The notes beneath the pieces were generated by a model. It saw nothing but the letters and a program-made list of their open reading frames with translations, did no database searches and had not been told where the DNA came from. From Bacilli bacterium (GTDB lineage: Bacteria; Bacillota_I; Bacilli_A; ML615J-28; CAG-313), in assembly GCA_017937305.1 (NCBI GenBank), contig JAGBDV010000010.1, forward strand, positions 5,802 through 69,801: a stretch of 64,000 nt of DNA, in the 5' to 3' direction. Positions 56,618 through 64,000 of the stretch are shown here, one piece after another. How positions within the stretch are numbered: the first letter of the stretch is position 1; every line of letters begins with the position of its first letter. The translations under genes and the position numbers were made by a program.

Positions 56618-56707
56618 CTAGAATGCCCAACAAGCGCCAATAATAACAAGAAGAATAAATAATACTAAAATGAAAGCATAGCCATATTCACCACGTGTTT
56701 GATTCAT
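56618..56707 (-). CDS. 29-aa YjcZ-like tiny transmembrane (sporulation-associated) protein, absent from the ORF track
   Basis: Own translation: MNQTRGEYGYAFILVLFILLVIIGACWAF*. RBS GGAGGA lies 6 nt upstream, with a dedicated terminator. The G.Y.FALIVVLFILLIIVGA-type pattern is characteristic of this family. Confidence 0.6.
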   Translation of the reverse strand: MNQTRGEYGYAFILVLFILLVIIGACWAF

Positions 56708-56797
56708 GAAAGTTCCTCCTTCCGACTAATATATCAACTGATGATATTCTAATATATAATATGAATTACTATAGATATAGATAATTATAAAAGCCTA

Positions 56798-56827
56798 ATG
56801 TGAAATAATTTCACATAAATTTCACAT
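56798..56827. promoter_or_regulatory. 19-bp perfect palindrome ATGTGAAAT-A-ATTTCACAT plus a third TTTCACAT half-site
   Basis: Read directly. It lies in the divergent intergenic region between the 29-aa ORF and the first giant PrsA-like gene. Confidence 0.35.
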
Positions 56828-56883
56828 TCAAAAAAAAGTGTCAAAAAACACTTATTTACACCCTTAAAAAGGATAAGTTTTAG

Positions 56884-56912
56884 TTGAATAAATTATGGAT
56901 TTTTGGTAAAAT
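56884..56912 (+). promoter_or_regulatory. Sigma-A-type promoter for the PrsA-like gene pair
   Basis: TTGAAT -17 nt- TGgTAAAAT. Confidence 0.55.
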
Positions 56913-56960
56913 ATATATGTTATAAAACAACAACATATATTAAAAGAAAAGGAGAAAAAT

Positions 56961-59900
56961 ATGTTAAAATTATTAAAACGTATTGCACCAGTTGGTGTTG
57001 GGATTTTATTAATCCTAGTAATTACAGTAACTGTGTCACTTGTAAAAAGTTCAAATGACCGTACACCTGCAATTAACAACGCTAATGACGTGTATGCAAG
57101 TTATGGTGATTTAAAAATCACTAATGAAAAACTTTATACTTTAATGAAAAACCAATATGGTTTAACAGACTTAATCAACCTTGTTGATGGTGAATTATTT
57201 AAAGATGAAGTTGAAAAAGTTGATGTAAACAGTGAAGAATTTATTTCATTTGTTAAAGAACAAGTATTCCAAGTTGAAGATTTATCTGATCTTGAAGAAG
57301 ACGAAGCTCAAGACAAATGGGATCAAGTTATTGATTCTTTAATTCTTACAGGTTTACTTACTAAGAGCCAAGCTCAAGACAGAGACTACACTAATGAATC
57401 TAGTGAAGTTTGGAACGTTGTAAAAGAATACTACAAACTATCTTATGCACGTGAAGAATGGGCTAAAGCTGAATATCTAAAGAAATATTTAGAAAATAGA
57501 GAAGATGGTAACATGTTCGACATGACTAATGCTGAAAATGCTACTTCAAGTGTTGAAAAATATTTCGAAGATAACTATACTGGTAAAGTAACTGGTTTAT
57601 TCGTGCCATTCACTTCTGAAGCTGCTGCTTTAGCAATGATGAACAAATATGGTATTAACACTTTAGATAAAGTATTAGGTTCTAATGATGGTTGGGTAAG
57701 TTCTACTTATGATTACTACTCAAAAGCTGAAGTTGAAGAATCTGATATGTTAACTTACTTACAAGTATGTGAAGCATTCTTTAAGATGTATAATGAAGTT
57801 TATGCATACTTAAATGAAGGTAAAGATGTTATTACATCTGATTCTTATACAAAAGTATTAAAAGAAGAAAACACTATTCAATCAGTTATTGCTGCATTAA
57901 AAGACGCTTTAACAGATAAAACTTATGGTGCAAGTGTTACATTACCTACTGTTGCATATGTAAATGGTGAAGGTGAAGCTACTATTACATGGTCAGTTGA
58001 TAATGAAAAATATGGTAAAGTTGAAAACAACGTATTAAACGGTGATTTTTCTACTACAGATGATGGCGAATTAGATATTAAATTAAGCTTTGAAGTATCA
58101 TACAAAGAAGCAAAAATCACAGGTACAGCTACAGTTTCATTAGACAATGAAGATAAAGATGCTTTAACATCTATTGATGCTGTTACAGTTGAACCATTCT
58201 ACTCATATGAATTAAAAGAAGAATTATTAAATAATGAAAACTTTAAATTCCAATGGACTGAAGCTGAAGCTGAAGAAATTAATGCAACACTTGCTGATTA
58301 CTTATCAGTTGATTCTACTAAATTAACTATTAGTAATAAACCTAGTGAAGCTTACAAATCATATACAGTTGAACCAGTTAAAATTGGTAATTATTATTAT
58401 TTAATCTTAAAATTAGCTAACCATGAACAAACAGATTTATTTGAAAAAACTTCTGATGGTGAAAACGCTAAAGATGAAAATGGTAAATATATCATTGCAG
58501 ATCAAGCATTATACGATGAAATCGTAGCTAAAATGACTGAAGAATTATTAACTGATAATGCAATCAATGAAATGTTATATGAAAAACGTCAAAACCATAA
58601 TGTTAAATTCTATGATTCATACTTAGAAGCATTATATGAATATGAATATAAATATTTCTATGAAACTACATTAAAAGCTAATGATTATGATGAATACAAA
58701 ACAACTAAGAAAAATAAGAAGGAAGTTGTAGTTACATTCCAAACTGAAGCTGGCAATAAGAAGAGTGTTAAAGAAATTAAAGCTCAAGAATTATATGAAA
58801 ACTTAGAAAAGAAATATGCTGAAAACTGCGTTGCTAACTTAGTTGAAAACTACATCTTAATTACTGATGAAGCATTAAACAGTGTATATAACCCTTATAC
58901 AAATACTGTTATCAACGAAACTTCTTACAAAAACTTAATGAATTCTGAAATTCAAACATTACGTAAGAACTTCGAAAGTGATTATTTCACATATTCATAC
59001 CTTTCATATTATGGATTTACTCCTAACTTCCCATCTGAATATGGTTGGAAGAAATTTATCAAAGATTACTTTGTAGTAGAATCAGACCAAGAATTATTAA
59101 CTTCTTCTACATATGGTGGAACTATCTATGCTGATGCATTAGAAGCTTATATTGATAACTTAGCTACTTATGAATTAATCAAAGATGAAATGGATGAAGC
59201 TTACCAAGATTGGTATAAAGTTTCTGTAATCAACTTATTAGTTTATATCGACAATAACTATAATGCTAATGATGCAGCTGAAAACTCTGCTGAAATCGCA
59301 TTAGAAGAAAAAGACAATTGGACAGATGAACAAGTTAAACTTGCTAAAGAATTAGCAGATTTAATGTATAAATTTGCTAACCAAACTAATGGTGCTACTT
59401 TATCTGACCAACTTACTACTTTAGTTACATTATATAATGAAGCTGCTTATGAATACAATGAAACTGAATGGAATGCTGCTTATGCAAATGAAACTTCAGT
59501 TTATGATTTTAACTACTTCGGTAAATATAAACTTCAAGGTTTAAACGTTAAATTTGAAAAAGCTAACTCTTACGATTCTTCTTCTTCTATCTTAGAAGAA
59601 TTTGCTGATGAATGTAAAGTAATGTGGAATCAAATTAAAGACTTAGGTCTTCTTGGCAAAACTTTAGATACTCCACTTATTGGTGGTGAAGCATTCTATA
59701 CTGATTATGGTTATCATAAGATTGCAGTATTAAGTGCTTCTGAAAAAGTAGAATTACCTACTGCAGATGAAGTTAAACTTCATAGAGCTCTTACTCTTTA
59801 TAATGCAGTTGTAACAAAGATTGCTGAAGTTGATAAGAATATTGATTCTTATACAGAAAGTGGTTATGATGTTTCAAGTTATGAAGCTGAAAAAGCTTAC

Positions 59901-60185
59901 TTAGAAACTAAACTAGAAAAATATGAAGCTGTATTAAAAGATATCTTAGGTGATGAATTCGCTGAAGATTATAAACTTGAAGAAGACGTTCAAGAAAAGA
60001 TTGACCAATGGTATACAAATGCTGAAACTACAGTTGAAGGTGGTACACTTGTTACTAGAAGTTATATCGCAAAATTAACTGAAATCGTTGATAGTATTAC
60101 ATTTGCTAATAGTAATGGTAAAGCTGAATTCTTAGAATTCTTAGACTTATTATTAGAACAATGTAATAAAGCTGATGAAGAATAG
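56961..60185 (+). CDS. 1074-aa signal-anchored PrsA/SurA-N-like protein with degenerate parvulin-like motifs
   Basis: N-terminal TM. YGDLKITNEKLYTLMKNQYGLTDLINLVDGELFKDE resembles the PrsA/SurA N-terminal chaperone helix pattern. Parvulin-end-like strands follow (EPVKIGNYYYLILKL; AFYTDYGYHKIAVL). It is strongly acidic. RBS AAGGAG. Confidence 0.6.
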   Translation: MLKLLKRIAPVGVGILLILVITVTVSLVKSSNDRTPAINNANDVYASYGDLKITNEKLYTLMKNQYGLTDLINLVDGELFKDEVEKVDVNSEEFISFVKEQVFQVEDLSDLEEDEAQDKWDQVIDSLILTGLLTKSQAQDRDYTNESSEVWNVVKEYYKLSYAREEWAKAEYLKKYLENREDGNMFDMTNAENATSSVEKYFEDNYTGKVTGLFVPFTSEAAALAMMNKYGINTLDKVLGSNDGWVSSTYDYYSKAEVEESDMLTYLQVCEAFFKMYNEVYAYLNEGKDVITSDSYTKVLKEENTIQSVIAALKDALTDKTYGASVTLPTVAYVNGEGEATITWSVDNEKYGKVENNVLNGDFSTTDDGELDIKLSFEVSYKEAKITGTATVSLDNEDKDALTSIDAVTVEPFYSYELKEELLNNENFKFQWTEAEAEEINATLADYLSVDSTKLTISNKPSEAYKSYTVEPVKIGNYYYLILKLANHEQTDLFEKTSDGENAKDENGKYIIADQALYDEIVAKMTEELLTDNAINEMLYEKRQNHNVKFYDSYLEALYEYEYKYFYETTLKANDYDEYKTTKKNKKEVVVTFQTEAGNKKSVKEIKAQELYENLEKKYAENCVANLVENYILITDEALNSVYNPYTNTVINETSYKNLMNSEIQTLRKNFESDYFTYSYLSYYGFTPNFPSEYGWKKFIKDYFVVESDQELLTSSTYGGTIYADALEAYIDNLATYELIKDEMDEAYQDWYKVSVINLLVYIDNNYNANDAAENSAEIALEEKDNWTDEQVKLAKELADLMYKFANQTNGATLSDQLTTLVTLYNEAAYEYNETEWNAAYANETSVYDFNYFGKYKLQGLNVKFEKANSYDSSSSILEEFADECKVMWNQIKDLGLLGKTLDTPLIGGEAFYTDYGYHKIAVLSASEKVELPTADEVKLHRALTLYNAVVTKIAEVDKNIDSYTESGYDVSSYEAEKAYLETKLEKYEAVLKDILGDEFAEDYKLEEDVQEKIDQWYTNAETTVEGGTLVTRSYIAKLTEIVDSITFANSNGKAEFLEFLDLLLEQCNKADEE

Positions 60186-60197
60186 GAGGAATAAACA

Positions 60198-62993
60198 ATG
60201 AAAAAATTATTTAAAAGAATTATCCCTTGTTTAATAGTTCTTCTTTCTATCTTTACAATTGCAAGCTGTAAAGAAGACGTATATAAATATCCTTCACAAG
60301 TTCCTCTATATACTTCAGATGGAATTTTTGCAGAAATCGGAAATTTAAAAATTTCTAATAAAGATATTTATAATCGCTTAGTACAAAGCTATGGATTAGA
60401 AGAAATCGAAAACGCAATCGATGCTGAATTATTAAAAGATGTTACTTTAAACGAAAAACAAGAAAAAGATTTCCAAGATCAAATGACAAATTTAATCTAT
60501 GGAACACTAGATGTTGAAGAATTAACAGATGAAGAAAAAGCAGATGCTTTAAAATCATTTGAAATGGAAATGATTTCTAATGGTTTAATCGTTGATAAAA
60601 ACAGTAAAGATCATCCATTATATTATGAAAACTATTATCGTTTAGATTACAAACGCTATGTTAAAACTTTAGAAGTATTAACTGCTGAAATTAAAGAAGC
60701 AGATGCAGAACTTGAAGAAGATGAAGATCCTTACTTCACAGATGCTGAATATGTTTCTTACTTCAAATCAAACTTCAGTAAAACTTACAATTTAATCGTT
60801 GTAACTTTCGAAAGTGAAAAAGAAGCTCTAGAAGTTATGGAACAAGCAGGTATTAATGTTGACTCATTACTTGGTGGTTGGAAAAACGCTAGTGGTTCAG
60901 AATTATCTAATGATGAAATCGTAAATGCATTTAAAGCTATGTATCAAGTTGCATATAACGAAACTTGTCCAGGTGTTAAAGAATACACATATAAAGATTT
61001 ATTAGCATTTAAAAACACTACAGCTAATGATGGTGTAATTGCTGGTAAAGCTGCTAACTTAAAAGATGGTGAATACACTCAAGCACCTCTTCCATATTCA
61101 GGACGTTTCTTCTTAATGTATGCTGAAACAGTTGGTACTCATTATGTATCAAATAACGATGATGAATTAAAATTTGAAGATAGTGAAGAATTTATCGCTG
61201 AAAAAGATGCTGATAACAATGTTACTTTATTAACTGAAGCTACTAAAGAAGCATTATTTAGTTACCTTGTAGAACAAGAACTAGCTACTTCTTCTGCTTA
61301 TGAAAATAATGTTAACCGTGTTATGTATGAACTTCGTCAAGAAGCTGGTCTAGAAATCTTCGCAGAAGGTTTAGAAATCAATTATAAATCAAGCTATGAT
61401 GCAGTATTTAGTGCTCTAGATATTACTGATTATGAACAATTTAAAGCAACTAAAAACGAATCATCAACTGAAGTTGCAAAATGGAATGGTGGTTCATTAA
61501 CAGTTGAAGAAATGTTTGATGCATTAACAGAACGTTATGGTGCAGTTATTACATTATTATTCGTACAACAATACGTAGTATTAAATAGTAAACATAATGA
61601 TGTAATTAACTATGTAACTGGTGAAATCTTAAATAGCGAAAAATATGAAGAATATGTTGAAGCTGACATCGATGCTTATAAAGAATCATTTGAAGATGGT
61701 GACTTTGAATCTTATGGATTCCCTGCATCATATGGATGGGAAAACTTCTTAAGAGATTATCTAGGTCTTTCTGAAGAAGCAGCAATCATTGTTGATTTCA
61801 ATAGCACATTATATGAAGATGTATTAGCTCTATTAACTAAATCATTATATATGGCTGAAGTTGGTGATGTTGAATTAGTAGTATTAACAGATGCTGAAGG
61901 TGTTAAAACTTGGGGTCTTAAATCTGACAAATGGGCACAAACTCATGACACTAAAGTTAAAGTTGTTGATGAAAATGTAAAACCTGCAATTACTCTTGCA
62001 TGGGATACAGAAGATATCAAAGATCTTCCTACAACTGATGAAAATGGTAAAGCTAAGATTTATGCTAAAAATGATTATTATGGACACTTTATCTTAACTT
62101 CTAAAGAAGGTGCTTACTTAACTAATGTAACAGCTGACCAAGCAGTTCTTGAAGCTTATGATGAAATCTATGAAGAAACATTCTCTGCTACAGTAAGTGG
62201 TGTAAGAGTATTCTATGATAAAGACTTAGACGGTGTTGAAGATGAAATTGCTGAAGCTGATGCAACATTAGCTCAAGAATTAATCAATCTAGTATGGGAT
62301 GCTGCAAGACATGAAAGTGCAGAAAATACAATTGCTGCTAACTTAACAAAAGTTATTCGTAATTACGAACTTGCTGCTCCTGGTTCAGTTTGGTATTCAT
62401 ACAAACAAGCTGGTTTAAGAGTTTCAGTAATTAGTGGTGCTACTTACTCTAACAACACTACAGCTGATGAAAACATTCTTACAGTAATTAAAGGTATGTG
62501 GACAGACATCGTTAACTATAAAGATGAAACTGGTGCTGCTGCTTCAATTACAGGGCAAACATTAGATCCAATCTACCGTTATGTTAAGAATGACAAAGTA
62601 TATACAGTATCTGCTTACAAATTTGCTGATAAATATGGTGCTGTTTATGCTGACAATGGTTACTATCAATTTGCAGTAACTAAAGCTACTTCTAGAACAG
62701 CTTATGAATATAAGACTTCTACAAAAACTCAAAAACCATCACTTTATATCTATGAACAATATCAATTAGATAGTGATGATCGTGACATTACAATTAACTG
62801 TAGTTCACAAATTACAACATATTATACTCCTGCTATTAATAGAATTGCTGGTTCAAATGTTGTTAATAAAACAATCTTAACTTCTGCTAAAGAATTATTA
62901 AGTTCAATTAAATTCACTGAAAACAATACAAAACTTCATGGTGATTTAACATATCTTATTAATGCTGCATTAGAAGAATTAGAAGATAAATAA
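60198..62993 (+). CDS. 931-aa lipoprotein paralog of the preceding PrsA/SurA-N-like protein
   Basis: Lipobox TIASC. GNLKISNKDIYNRLVQSYGLEEIENAIDAELLKD, YFKSNFSKTYNLIVVTFESEKEALEVMEQAGIN and YGWENFLRDY are each matched by segments in the upstream protein. RBS AGGAGG. Confidence 0.6.
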   Translation: MKKLFKRIIPCLIVLLSIFTIASCKEDVYKYPSQVPLYTSDGIFAEIGNLKISNKDIYNRLVQSYGLEEIENAIDAELLKDVTLNEKQEKDFQDQMTNLIYGTLDVEELTDEEKADALKSFEMEMISNGLIVDKNSKDHPLYYENYYRLDYKRYVKTLEVLTAEIKEADAELEEDEDPYFTDAEYVSYFKSNFSKTYNLIVVTFESEKEALEVMEQAGINVDSLLGGWKNASGSELSNDEIVNAFKAMYQVAYNETCPGVKEYTYKDLLAFKNTTANDGVIAGKAANLKDGEYTQAPLPYSGRFFLMYAETVGTHYVSNNDDELKFEDSEEFIAEKDADNNVTLLTEATKEALFSYLVEQELATSSAYENNVNRVMYELRQEAGLEIFAEGLEINYKSSYDAVFSALDITDYEQFKATKNESSTEVAKWNGGSLTVEEMFDALTERYGAVITLLFVQQYVVLNSKHNDVINYVTGEILNSEKYEEYVEADIDAYKESFEDGDFESYGFPASYGWENFLRDYLGLSEEAAIIVDFNSTLYEDVLALLTKSLYMAEVGDVELVVLTDAEGVKTWGLKSDKWAQTHDTKVKVVDENVKPAITLAWDTEDIKDLPTTDENGKAKIYAKNDYYGHFILTSKEGAYLTNVTADQAVLEAYDEIYEETFSATVSGVRVFYDKDLDGVEDEIAEADATLAQELINLVWDAARHESAENTIAANLTKVIRNYELAAPGSVWYSYKQAGLRVSVISGATYSNNTTADENILTVIKGMWTDIVNYKDETGAAASITGQTLDPIYRYVKNDKVYTVSAYKFADKYGAVYADNGYYQFAVTKATSRTAYEYKTSTKTQKPSLYIYEQYQLDSDDRDITINCSSQITTYYTPAINRIAGSNVVNKTILTSAKELLSSIKFTENNTKLHGDLTYLINAALEELEDK

Positions 62994-63000
62994 AAACTAA

Positions 63001-63031
63001 AACTCCTAAGATAATTCTTAGGAGTTTTTTT
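63001..63031. terminator. Bidirectional terminator
   Basis: Stem aactcctaaga/tcttaggagtt with loop taat, followed by a T7 run. It lies between convergent genes. Confidence 0.7.
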
Positions 63032-63962
63032 AATCTTTCTTAAGTGTTATAAATAATGAATCTTCTCTAATTTCTTCAAAATTAATTTCTTCACCAATGG
63101 TAAATATATATTTTTGATAATCAGTAGGTAATATTAAAACATCAGAATATGCATTTTTCAGATTATCAAAAGTATCATAATTATCAAGCCATCTAGCGGT
63201 ATTAGTAATTACAGCATATCTAGCTTTTAATAAATCACATAATAGTGGTGTATTAGTTCCACCTCCACCATGATGACAAGATTTATAAATATCAATATGA
63301 TTAATATTATGTTTTAAATAAATCTTTTTCACCATTTTATATGATAATTCTTTTAATGGAATAATATCAGTTTTAGAACATGTTACATCAGCTCCTAAAA
63401 AGATATTATGTCCTTTTTCTTTAATAAATACACCAGCACAATTAAAATTTTCATTAAACTGCTTCTTATGATAAAATTCACCATTTTCATCACTATATAG
63501 TTCATATAATAAATTTTTAATATCATAGACTTCTATTACTGTAGTATCTAAATTTATTACTAGTTCAGCAAGACCTAATTCATCAATAAATACTATATCA
63601 GTATTACACTCTTTACAAACATTTAAAATATCATAATAATTTTTAAATTCATTTAAAATATACTCATCATTAGATGAATAACCACTTGAAGTAGTACCAT
63701 CAAGACCATAATATCTTTTTAAATACAATTTATTTACTTTGTAATTTTTAATAATATTTTCTACATTACCATAGTGATCATTATGAAAATGAGTTAGTAA
63801 AATAAACTCAATTTCCTTAATTTCATTACTATTTAAATAATCTTGAATCATAGGATAATAAAACTTACTTCCCGTATCTATAAAAGCATAATTCTTATTT
63901 TTTTCAAGTATTATTGCATCACTCCAAATAGTATTTAAAAAGTGGATTTTAAGTTCATTCAT
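63030..63962 (-). CDS. MBL-fold metallo-hydrolase
   Basis: LTHFHNDHYGN (HxHxDH) and SCHHGG. Start set to ATG 63962 (RBS AGAGGTGA). Confidence 0.7.
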   Translation of the reverse strand: MNELKIHFLNTIWSDAIILEKNKNYAFIDTGSKFYYPMIQDYLNSNEIKEIEFILLTHFHNDHYGNVENIIKNYKVNKLYLKRYYGLDGTTSSGYSSNDEYILNEFKNYYDILNVCKECNTDIVFIDELGLAELVINLDTTVIEVYDIKNLLYELYSDENGEFYHKKQFNENFNCAGVFIKEKGHNIFLGADVTCSKTDIIPLKELSYKMVKKIYLKHNINHIDIYKSCHHGGGGTNTPLLCDLLKARYAVITNTARWLDNYDTFDNLKNAYSDVLILPTDYQKYIFTIGEEINFEEIREDSLFITLKKD

Positions 63963-64000
63963 ATTAATCACCTCTACTTTATTTTATCATATAGTAAAAG

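Noticed and set aside
56798-56816. Calling the palindrome a Rex or CRP/FNR operator outright.
   Set aside because: The spacing is one base longer than either consensus (TGTGA-N7-TCACA against N6; TGTGAA-N5-TTCACA against N4). No cognate regulator is in the window. I kept it only as an unassigned operator-like site.
56913-56940. A 9-bp inverted repeat ATATATGTT...AACATATAT between the PrsA-like promoter and RBS, considered as a 5'-UTR regulatory hairpin.
   Set aside because: The 5' arm overlaps the predicted transcription start (-10 at 56907-56912), so the hairpin would probably not be fully transcribed. It is pure AT-rich sequence that could arise by chance.
6487-62087. About 35 short ORFs (60-110 aa) in the supplied track lie antisense to, or in another frame within, long well-supported genes. 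Examples: 6487-6726, 7756-8049, 9790-10104, 18027-18320, 21899-22117, 29011-29340, 38081-38332, 42374-42697, 43950-44225, 53284-53535, 57923-58147, 61884-62087.
   Set aside because: They lie entirely inside conserved coding sequences and have low-complexity Ser/Leu/Phe/Ile-rich translations, as expected from the reverse complement of AT-rich genes. They also lack an RBS. I treated them as shadow ORFs.
1-64000. The possibility that the host genome uses genetic code 4 (TGA=Trp). The in-frame TGA codons in the RHS fragments and the Mollicute-like base composition prompted this.
   Set aside because: Every conserved housekeeping gene is full-length under the standard code, with Trp encoded by TGG. 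TGA also terminates aroE-aroK (ATGA overlap with aroQ), uvrB and the RHS tail ORF at the expected protein ends. The host uses code 11.
1-64000. A search for CRISPR arrays and for tRNA, rRNA or other structured RNA genes.
   Set aside because: Intergenic regions are short (mostly under 200 nt) and AT-rich, and are accounted for by promoters and terminators. The only long structured leader is the T-box at 42886-43146. I saw no regularly spaced repeats.

Overview
The window is a chromosomal segment from a very AT-rich Firmicute. It uses the standard code: TGG encodes Trp, and TGA closes aroE-aroK, uvrB and one other ORF. Sporulation markers are present (spoVS, gpr, a YjcZ-like micro-ORF). The gene content looks Erysipelotrichia- or Clostridia-like, but that placement is inference only.

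About 90% of the window is coding, mostly on the minus strand, and most of it is housekeeping:
- two polar-amino-acid ABC systems
- miaB, then spoVS-ymdB-rny
- a 10-gene aromatic amino-acid operon (all seven shikimate steps, plus pheA, tyrA, an aminotransferase and a terminal beta-carbonic anhydrase) sitting between recA and rny
- recU, upp, recA, pgsA, gpr, holA, rpsT, comEA/comEC
- an ABC-F ATPase
- a PadR/DUF1700-like/DUF4097-like module
- a livJHMGF operon behind a T-box leader with a probable Ile specifier
- recD2, mnmA, uvrB, rlmH and a yycJ-like gene

I saw no rRNA, tRNA, CRISPR array, transposase or integrase.

The items most worth a second look:
1. A translationally coupled operon of an aminotransferase, an HxxxD acyltransferase and a zinc-ribbon membrane protein (45574-48760).
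2. Two tandem, paralogous giant (1074 and 931 aa) PrsA/SurA-like exported proteins with degenerate parvulin motifs (56961-62993).
3. A ~52-bp near-identical element upstream of both comEA-comEC and pgsA-recA, containing a T-tract plus TGCGAAATA. It may be a competence-type promoter.
4. A decayed RHS/YD-repeat toxin tail with a putative immunity gene, flanked by 178-bp direct repeats, wedged between comEC and rpsT.
5. A circularly permuted solute-binding lipoprotein in an ABC operon that ends in a YerC/TrpR-like gene and starts with a 24-bp perfect palindrome.
6. An unlisted 29-aa YjcZ-like ORF.

All functional calls rest on motif recognition by eye. No database search was run.
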